Virus record (IMG/VR): IMGVR_UViG_3300021197_000975
Location: 6,359-70,358 of that record
Length of the DNA: 64,000 nt
Direction: 5' to 3' (one strand)
DNA from: a virus
Numbering within the stretch: the first letter of the stretch is position 1; each line of letters opens with the position of its first letter. Below are positions 57,680-64,000 of the stretch, in pieces. The position numbers and the translations under genes are program-made. The notes beneath the pieces were generated by a model, which saw only the letters and a program-made list of their open reading frames with translations, had not been told where the DNA came from and did no database searches.

Positions 57680-57871
57680 ATGATTATGTATTTAAAAGTA
57701 GAGACAACTGTAACACGAATCATTACATACTATTACAATGATGATGGACACCTGTCTGTTGTTGATTCTACTGATCCAATATCTAATCATACTATTCTGG
57801 AAATGAGACATGAAGAAACGATTACCAACACAATTCCCAAGCAACCCTCAAGTTTACTTGTTAGGATATAA
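57680..57871 (+). CDS. Hypothetical protein
   Basis: GGAGG RBS; 63 aa. Confidence 0.5.
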   Translation: MIMYLKVETTVTRIITYYYNDDGHLSVVDSTDPISNHTILEMRHEETITNTIPKQPSSLLVRI

Positions 57872-58304
57872 GACTGAGTATTCTAGTTATGTGGATAGAA
57901 TATTATCCCATCCAAGGCACACACATCTTGCTGTTCAAGTAGGAGATTGGTGCTATCATATCACAACTGATGCTACTCCTGATAACTCTAAGGCTTATTG
58001 GGTTAGTGAAGAAGTTAGTAATAGACTGTGGAAAAAACCACTCACAAAAATACTAGTAGGGACAACAGATAAGAAGTGGGAAGACATTGTAAACTTTAGT
58101 TTAAACTGGTCTTCGCCGTTGTATCTAACACTCATTACTTATTTTACCTTTAGATTATTTAGGTGGAAGAAGGATTGTGTTACTTACTCTAGAAAATATT
58201 TAGAGTATCTTGTAGGAATAAAGATTAAGCATCCGCATTCCGTAACCCCAGATGGTTTTATCAAGGAGATATTAAACTGTGGGTATAAAAACTCAATGGT
58301 ATGA
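57810..58304 (+). CDS. Putative permuted papain-like (NlpC/P60 superfamily) enzyme
   Basis: His motif HTHLAVQVG precedes Cys motif DCVTY...VTPDG, the permuted order. Confidence 0.5.
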   Translation: MKKRLPTQFPSNPQVYLLGYKTEYSSYVDRILSHPRHTHLAVQVGDWCYHITTDATPDNSKAYWVSEEVSNRLWKKPLTKILVGTTDKKWEDIVNFSLNWSSPLYLTLITYFTFRLFRWKKDCVTYSRKYLEYLVGIKIKHPHSVTPDGFIKEILNCGYKNSMV

Positions 58305-60726
58305 ACTGACTCCCGAGGAGCAGTCACACCGTATCAATTTACAAAAGGTATTTGAAGAAGAACTTTTGACTAGTGGTGTCGAGCGTTACTGGAAAGATTG
58401 GGAACGATCAACAGATGAAGGGAAACCTGAACAGCTGTTGCTTGAAAGTTCCGTGATCCACCTTGCTCCATACTATCAGAAGTGGATTGATGTGGCGGTA
58501 AGCCATAGAAAATCTCCTCTTTGGTTACCTCCATTGTTATCTTTAGGTGCTGCTAAGATGGCTGATCTAACTATAAGATCTGTACTCAAAACATTTCTTA
58601 CACGAGCCACTGTATCGAAGTTATCTATTGGCAATGGGATGCCGTTCAACGCTCCCACTGCGCAAGCAATATCTAAACAGATTGCTGATGATGCTATTGC
58701 TATCATCTCTTATCAACAAGCTAAAGATTTATTTAAAGAAGATTGGATGAGGCAGTCTAAGTTTATTAAAAACTGGACACCTAAAAGATGCAAAGCTTTT
58801 ACTGATAAAGTGGCTACTATTAGTGAGTATACACACAAACAGAAGGAAGACTTTGGTCACAACATGTTACGTGTTGCACTTCAATCTGATATATTGACAT
58901 CTAAAATTGTATTTACAGGAGCTAGACGTAAAGCATTGATGGTAAGCCTTGCTCCTAAGATTCTAGAAGAGCTGTCAAATAGGCATGCTCTACTTGAAAC
59001 TGCTAGCATGGTGTATAGACCTATGATATCTCCACCTGTTCTTCATACTAAAGAAGAAGATGGTGGGTTCTTGTCCCCTTGGATAAGAAAGAAGATGATT
59101 AAAAGATACCATCCTATTGGATCTGATCCTAAAGAATGGAACTCTAAACCAAGTCAACTTGTGTTGGATGGTTTAAATGCTCAGATGGAAACTGAATGGA
59201 CAGTTAACTCTAAGGTTCTTGATGTTATGGAAAAGTTTTTCTATAATGATTACCGAGAAGCTAATGTTCCTTCATATACATTCAAAGATCATGCATTCAA
59301 TCGACCTTACCCTGAAGAAGGAACCAAGGTTGACCAAGCCAAGTGGATTCAAGAAGCCAATGAGTCTTGGGGTGAGTGGTATAAAGAAGAACAAACTCGT
59401 AGTCGTATGCTTGTTAGACTAAGATTAGCTAGGAAGATGGAAGACTTTGATTTCTTTTATATGCCATACACATTAGACTTTAGAGGTAGAGCTTACTCAG
59501 TATGTGAGTTACTCTCTTGTCAGGGTGTAGACTTTGACCGATCCTTGATTACATTTGCCACACCTATCAAACAAACTGAACGTGGTTTGTTCTGGCTTAA
59601 GGTACATGTAGCAAACTTGTTTGATCAAGATAAGGTTAGCTTCGAAGAAAGAGTTCAATGGGTTGATGATAACATGGATCTTCTTAAGGAAATGAATGAT
59701 GATCCGCTTGGTAACAGAGGTTGGGTATCAGATGCAAAGAAAAAGAACAAGTCGTTTCAAAGACTGGCTTCTATCTTTGAGTTGTTCCGTACTGATGGCA
59801 TGACTCAGTTACCTATCCAATTAGATGGCAAGAACAACGGTGTTCAACACTGGAGTGCTATCCGTAGAGATAGGAAGCTCGCTGTTCTTACTAATGTTAT
59901 TCCAAGTGCGACGAATAACGATCTATATCAGTATGTTGCGGACAAGACCTATCATATTATGATTGAGAATGAAGACAACAGAGATTGGTATGATAAATTT
60001 ACAACGTATTGGAACGATGGTCTTCCTCGTAGTGTACCTAAAAGAAGTACTATGTGTGATGCATATGGTCTTACCTTCTTTGGTATGCAGAAGTATGTTA
60101 AGGAAGAAGGACACGTTGATTGGGTTGATCGTGATGATCGAGGTGGTGCTATTGTAGAACTATCTAGAGCATTGCAAGAAGGACTAAGTACTACAATGCA
60201 AGAGCCTAACATAGGTAAACAATACTTGCGTAGTGTTGCTCGTATCTTAAATGATATGAACCTCCCTCTTGTATGGACTACACCTAGTGGGTTCACTGTT
60301 CAACATGTATACAATCAGGTCATTGAAAGAGTTAGTTATGCTGAGCTTTTCAATAGAACTTCAATAACTTTCGCAGCTTTAACCGAAGAGTTGGATAGCA
60401 AGGCACAGTTCTTAGCTATTAGTCCTAACTTTATTCATAGTATTGATGCTGCACATATGTTTTTAACTATACATAGGATGATTATGGAACACAATATAGA
60501 TTCCTTTTCTTTTATTCATGATTCTTTTGGGACGTATGGTCCTAACATAGATGCCATGTCTAAAATTATTAGGGAAGAATTTATCAGAGTACATAGGGTT
60601 AATCCTTTGGAACAATTTAAGAAAGACATAGAGGAAAGATATGAGATCATACTCCCAGATGTCCCAGAAAACACAGACGACTTCAACATCGAAGATGTCA
60701 TCGAGTCGGAATACATCTTTGGATAA
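58279..60726 (+). CDS. T7-type single-subunit DNA-directed RNA polymerase
   Basis: PMISPP, LDFRGRAY, LDGKNNGVQH (motif A), RSVPKRSTMCDAYG (B), PNFIHSIDAAH, IHDSFGT (C), C-terminal YIFG. Confidence 0.97.
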   Translation: MGIKTQWYELTPEEQSHRINLQKVFEEELLTSGVERYWKDWERSTDEGKPEQLLLESSVIHLAPYYQKWIDVAVSHRKSPLWLPPLLSLGAAKMADLTIRSVLKTFLTRATVSKLSIGNGMPFNAPTAQAISKQIADDAIAIISYQQAKDLFKEDWMRQSKFIKNWTPKRCKAFTDKVATISEYTHKQKEDFGHNMLRVALQSDILTSKIVFTGARRKALMVSLAPKILEELSNRHALLETASMVYRPMISPPVLHTKEEDGGFLSPWIRKKMIKRYHPIGSDPKEWNSKPSQLVLDGLNAQMETEWTVNSKVLDVMEKFFYNDYREANVPSYTFKDHAFNRPYPEEGTKVDQAKWIQEANESWGEWYKEEQTRSRMLVRLRLARKMEDFDFFYMPYTLDFRGRAYSVCELLSCQGVDFDRSLITFATPIKQTERGLFWLKVHVANLFDQDKVSFEERVQWVDDNMDLLKEMNDDPLGNRGWVSDAKKKNKSFQRLASIFELFRTDGMTQLPIQLDGKNNGVQHWSAIRRDRKLAVLTNVIPSATNNDLYQYVADKTYHIMIENEDNRDWYDKFTTYWNDGLPRSVPKRSTMCDAYGLTFFGMQKYVKEEGHVDWVDRDDRGGAIVELSRALQEGLSTTMQEPNIGKQYLRSVARILNDMNLPLVWTTPSGFTVQHVYNQVIERVSYAELFNRTSITFAALTEELDSKAQFLAISPNFIHSIDAAHMFLTIHRMIMEHNIDSFSFIHDSFGTYGPNIDAMSKIIREEFIRVHRVNPLEQFKKDIEERYEIILPDVPENTDDFNIEDVIESEYIFG

Positions 60727-60997
60727 GGCGTATTCATATAGAAAAGGAACTAAACCTCCTATCATTGAGCTTCATTGGGTTGATGCTCAGACAACAGGTG
60801 GTTCAGAATGGATGGAATCAGAAGAGACTAAAGCTGTTGCTAAGTCTAAGCTACCCTGTATGTACTCGGTTGGTTATCTGATTCATGAAGATGAAACTCA
60901 AGTTGCTATCGTTAGTATGCTTGGGCCTAGTGAATCCTCTCAAGTTCACAAGATCCCTCAGTCTATGATTATTATGAGGCGAACTCTTGATGGCTGA
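60641..60997 (+). CDS. Conserved hypothetical phage protein (start probably further downstream)
   Basis: IELHWVDA...W...SVGYLI..D......IP..MI pattern. Confidence 0.65.
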   Translation: MRSYSQMSQKTQTTSTSKMSSSRNTSLDKAYSYRKGTKPPIIELHWVDAQTTGGSEWMESEETKAVAKSKLPCMYSVGYLIHEDETQVAIVSMLGPSESSQVHKIPQSMIIMRRTLDG

Positions 60998-61133
60998 GGA
61001 TAGGATTAAAAAGAAACATAATAGAAGTATCGATCCAGATGAGCGTGATGAACGCAGAAGGAGAAAAGATCGTGACAAACAACGGAAACAGAAAAGGCGA
61101 GACAAAACCCAAAGAGAAACTGAAGATGAATAA
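60990..61133 (+). CDS. Small highly charged protein
   Basis: Manual translation MAEDRIKKKHNR...RRRRKDRDKQRKQKRR; overlaps both neighbours by 8 nt. Confidence 0.4.
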   Translation: MAEDRIKKKHNRSIDPDERDERRRRKDRDKQRKQKRRDKTQRETEDE

Positions 61134-61368
61134 GTTCCAAGAGGAACACATCAAAGGTAATCTCAATGTTTATGCCCCTGTTGAAGCCTACTATCAGGAA
61201 TGGGAACACATAACAGATAACAAAGGAGACTTTGTTACTGCTAGACCCAAGCCTGAGACACGCCGTCGTGCTGACATGCCATCATTGGCTGAGCAGTGGC
61301 GGAATGATTGGGCTAAGCGGAGGCAAAGAATGGAGAAAAGGAATGTCAAGAGTTCTAGTAATAGGTGA
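61126..61368 (+). CDS. Hypothetical protein
   Basis: Packed ORF; start uncertain. Confidence 0.55.
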   Translation: MNKFQEEHIKGNLNVYAPVEAYYQEWEHITDNKGDFVTARPKPETRRRADMPSLAEQWRNDWAKRRQRMEKRNVKSSSNR

Positions 61369-62005
61369 CCTACACGCACCTGCCCATCACCCTAAGTACT
61401 ACTCATTTGTTAAGTCAATTGAAAAAAAGTATGATTGTAATAGGGTGGTATTCATTGGTGATGTTATAGATCACAATGCTATTTCCTACCACAAGAAGAA
61501 CCCAGATATGCCATCAGCTCTTGATGAATTCAAGCAAGCTATAGCTGTTGTTAAGAAGTACTACCGTGCCTTCCCTAAGGCCGACGTTACTATTGGCAAT
61601 CATGACGAACGAGTTATGAAACTGGCTTCTGATTCTGGTATTCCGCCTATGTATCTTAAAGGATACAGTGAAGTGTATGGAACAGAAGGTTGGGACTGGT
61701 CTTATAAAGTAGAGATTGATGGTGTGTTGTATACACACGGTACAGGTTGGGGAAGCAAGACACCGGCACTAAATGCTGCGGGTATTGGTCTGCAATCTAC
61801 TGTATGTGGACACCATCATTCAATCTCCGCAATTAATTGGATAAAAGGCCCAACAACCACGCTTTTTGGTATGTCTGTAGGTTGTGGTGTTGATAGACAT
61901 CATCCTGCAATGGAGTATGGTAAGAGTTATCTTAAGAAGCCTATCCTATCTTGTGGTGTTGTTATAAATGGACACCCTTATCTCGAAATAATGAAAGGAA
62001 TATAA
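61343..62005 (+). CDS. Calcineurin-like metallophosphoesterase
   Basis: VIGDLH, IGDVID, GNHD, THG and GHHH metal-binding motifs. Confidence 0.9.
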   Translation: MSRVLVIGDLHAPAHHPKYYSFVKSIEKKYDCNRVVFIGDVIDHNAISYHKKNPDMPSALDEFKQAIAVVKKYYRAFPKADVTIGNHDERVMKLASDSGIPPMYLKGYSEVYGTEGWDWSYKVEIDGVLYTHGTGWGSKTPALNAAGIGLQSTVCGHHHSISAINWIKGPTTTLFGMSVGCGVDRHHPAMEYGKSYLKKPILSCGVVINGHPYLEIMKGI

Positions 62006-62271
62006 TGAGTGAAAAGCTAAAGGTAGAAACTGATCTACCAGATGCACCGGAGGGTCAACAGTACCCTAATTTAATTGCAACTAATGCTGTGCTGTCTTAC
62101 TTGCGTGAGATCTTTATGGCATTAGACAATATGAGTTTTCAAATTCGGACCACTATGAATAGCATCATCAATACTGATGGCGCTAGCATGTCAATGGAGA
62201 ATCCCAACGATGCGGATTCTTCTGGTGATCCTATTATGGCAGGCGTTGATAAGGAGAATGATAATGTCTGA
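62005..62271 (+). CDS. Hypothetical protein
   Basis: TAATG coupling; AAGGA RBS. Confidence 0.6.
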   Translation: MSEKLKVETDLPDAPEGQQYPNLIATNAVLSYLREIFMALDNMSFQIRTTMNSIINTDGASMSMENPNDADSSGDPIMAGVDKENDNV

Positions 62272-62773
62272 ATACGGAACGTCCTTTACTACGGCCCCGG
62301 CAGAAGTCCGGTGGTCACATCTTATGAAGCCGGATGATAAGTTCGGTAACCCACACCATAGCGTAACTGTCGTGGTAACGCCCGAGTTGCAAAAGCAGCT
62401 CGATAGTTCGCTCGCTAACCTTAGCGGTTCTAAGATTAATGGAATGAAGACTGACGATGAAGGTACTACCCTCATTCGCTTCAAGAATAATCTTATGGCC
62501 CGTGAAGGAATCACTAAGTTTCCTATCCTTGATTCAGAGGATAATGATACTACTACGATTCCTTTCGGCACCGACAAGGTACGTGTACGTGTAACCCCCG
62601 CTCTTCTTGATCGAGACAATTCTGTTTCGTTCTACATGGACAAGATCCAGTTGATTGAGCGTAATTGGGAGCCTTCTAACGGAGGTTCATCCAATGGTAT
62701 GGGTAAGGTCGAAGGTGGTTTTGTTGCTCCTCTTGATGAGGCAACAACTGAAACTGCTGAAGCTCCCTTCTGA
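62264..62773 (+). CDS. Single-stranded DNA-binding protein (T7 gp2.5-like)
   Basis: VRWSHLMKPDDKF, VSFYMDKIQLIE and an acidic tail ending in PF. Confidence 0.85.
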   Translation: MSEYGTSFTTAPAEVRWSHLMKPDDKFGNPHHSVTVVVTPELQKQLDSSLANLSGSKINGMKTDDEGTTLIRFKNNLMAREGITKFPILDSEDNDTTTIPFGTDKVRVRVTPALLDRDNSVSFYMDKIQLIERNWEPSNGGSSNGMGKVEGGFVAPLDEATTETAEAPF

Positions 62774-63150
62774 TGATGGAGCTAACCTTCCCGGTTAGCC
62801 CTGTTGCTGCAAGTAGGCCCCGTGTTAGTAGGAGAGGATCCTATTACACGGGTGCTTACAAGCGGTATAGACATGAGGCTGCTGAAGTTATCCTTGAAGT
62901 TCTTGGACCTGACTTTGAACCGTTGGATGGTATGCTATCTGTTGACATCGAGTGTTATTGCACTCGTCCTAAGACTACCAAATTAGATGGACCCAAGTCT
63001 GATGTAGATAACATGGCAAAAGCAATCCTAGATTCTCTTAATGGGAAGCTATGGATTGATGACTCTCAAATAATTGAACTCCATATCACAAAACAATGGG
63101 CTTCAAAGGGAGAGCCGGGTTACTTTACACTTGGTCTATCACGTAAGTAA
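62773..63150 (+). CDS. rusA: RusA-family Holliday junction resolvase
   Basis: PVAASRPRV; PKSDVDNMAKAILDSLNG..WIDDSQI. Confidence 0.9.
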   Translation: MMELTFPVSPVAASRPRVSRRGSYYTGAYKRYRHEAAEVILEVLGPDFEPLDGMLSVDIECYCTRPKTTKLDGPKSDVDNMAKAILDSLNGKLWIDDSQIIELHITKQWASKGEPGYFTLGLSRK

Positions 63151-63152
63151 AT

Positions 63153-63189
63153 ATAGGGGAGAGCCTTCGGGTTCTCCCCTATTTTTTTT
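63153..63189 (+). terminator. Intrinsic terminator
   Basis: ATAGGGGAGAGCC-TTCG-GGTTCTCCCCTAT followed by a T-run. Confidence 0.92.
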
Positions 63190-63202
63190 AAGGAACATAA
63201 TA

Positions 63203-63460
63203 ATGTTTAACGAGATTAAAGATATCGTATCACGATATTATCCACAGACTAATTACTGGCATGATTTGAAATCAGATTTTTCTGTTGCTGAATCTGTTAT
63301 GGATGAAGCATTTGAACAGCACGTTGATGAACTTACTGATGATATCTGGTGTGATATTGAAACTATGGTTACTGATTGGATCGACCGCCATGGTGAGTAC
63401 ACAGCTGATCGTATGGCTGTTGATATTAAGCGTATGCTAGGTAAAGCTAATTCTTATTAA
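63203..63460 (+). CDS. Hypothetical acidic protein
   Basis: AAGGA RBS before ATG 63203. Confidence 0.65.
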   Translation: MFNEIKDIVSRYYPQTNYWHDLKSDFSVAESVMDEAFEQHVDELTDDIWCDIETMVTDWIDRHGEYTADRMAVDIKRMLGKANSY

Positions 63461-63471
63461 GGAAAGATATA

Positions 63472-63759
63472 ATGATGACGATTGATTTTATGGACTTGCC
63501 TGATATATGGGGTGCAGACCCCGGCTCTCCTATGTGGGGCGTGCCTCCTGAGGATGACCCCTATTGGGAGGATCGATTCAAGGAAGGGCATGATGAGCAA
63601 GTGTATTGGCTAGAGCGTGAGTTAGAGCACTGGTTCACAGTTGCTAAGAGTTTCTACCATGCGTGTGGTGGCCCTGATTGCTGTCCCTTTAATGCTCGTA
63701 AACTTCTTGCTACATACACCCCGTTCTTTGAGGAGAAAACTTATGGACCCCTTGACTGA
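63472..63759 (+). CDS. Hypothetical protein
   Basis: AAGGA RBS; 95 aa. Confidence 0.6.
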   Translation: MMTIDFMDLPDIWGADPGSPMWGVPPEDDPYWEDRFKEGHDEQVYWLERELEHWFTVAKSFYHACGGPDCCPFNARKLLATYTPFFEEKTYGPLD

Positions 63760-63889
63760 GCCTGATTGGAAGAATGTTGCAGATAACTTTTGGTATGCTG
63801 CATTCCATGGAGATACCGATCTCATGGATCACATGGTAGAGAAATACACTGATTGGTTTGATGAAAAGGATGAAGAAGATGTCGAATAA
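63743..63889 (+). CDS. Small hypothetical protein
   Basis: GAGGAG RBS; WKNVADNFWYA resembles WFTVAKSFYHA in the upstream ORF. Confidence 0.55.
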   Translation: MDPLTEPDWKNVADNFWYAAFHGDTDLMDHMVEKYTDWFDEKDEEDVE

Positions 63890-64000
63890 AGTATTTGAAA
63901 TAAGAATCAATGTCACAAGTACAACGTGGGACAGTGCCTATGCTTATGTTGAAGCCGAGACTGAGGAAGAAGCAAAGGAAATGTTCGAAGAAAATCCCTA
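63879..64000 (+). CDS. Hypothetical protein, truncated by the window end
   Basis: MSNKVFEIRINV...YVEAETEEEAKE; frame open to the end. Confidence 0.5.
   Translation, partial: MSNKVFEIRINVTSTTWDSAYAYVEAETEEEAKEMFEENP

Noticed and set aside
940-63916. The many other minus-strand and alternate-frame ORFs in the track
   Set aside because: Almost all overlap well-supported + strand genes or the repeat/ncRNA region, and lack RBSs or motifs. The genome is unidirectional.
1-64000. Alternative genetic code
   Set aside because: Standard code 11 gives dense, full-length genes, with TAA, TAG and TGA all used as stops.

Overview
A 64-kb stretch of an unusually large T7-like podophage genome (Autographiviridae-type), with essentially all real genes on the + strand. 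In order it carries: the end of the replication module (5'-3' exonuclease, class II ribonucleotide reductase); portal, scaffold and major capsid; tail tubular proteins A and B; four large fiber/appendage proteins; small membrane (lysis) genes; terminase; and four internal-virion proteins ending in a 4106-aa giant. A visibly GC-richer early island follows (~50.3-55.4 kb), then early genes, a canonical T7-type RNA polymerase, a metallophosphoesterase, SSB and RusA. DNA polymerase, primase/helicase and an endolysin are not visible in the window. The main surprise is that the window appears to encode three T7-family polymerase folds: the canonical RNAP (58279-60726), a highly divergent ~636-aa paralog (51136-53046), and a candidate RNAP domain inside the giant ejected protein, fused to a DEDDy exonuclease and a zincin motif. 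The divergent paralog sits among covarying 52-nt hairpin repeats, a leader pseudoknot, a GTAGCCC array and ~1.1 kb of structured non-coding sequence containing two aberrant tRNA-like elements. The tail proteins show nested domain insertions and extreme cysteine richness. All calls are by-eye motif and pairing recognition; no searches were run.
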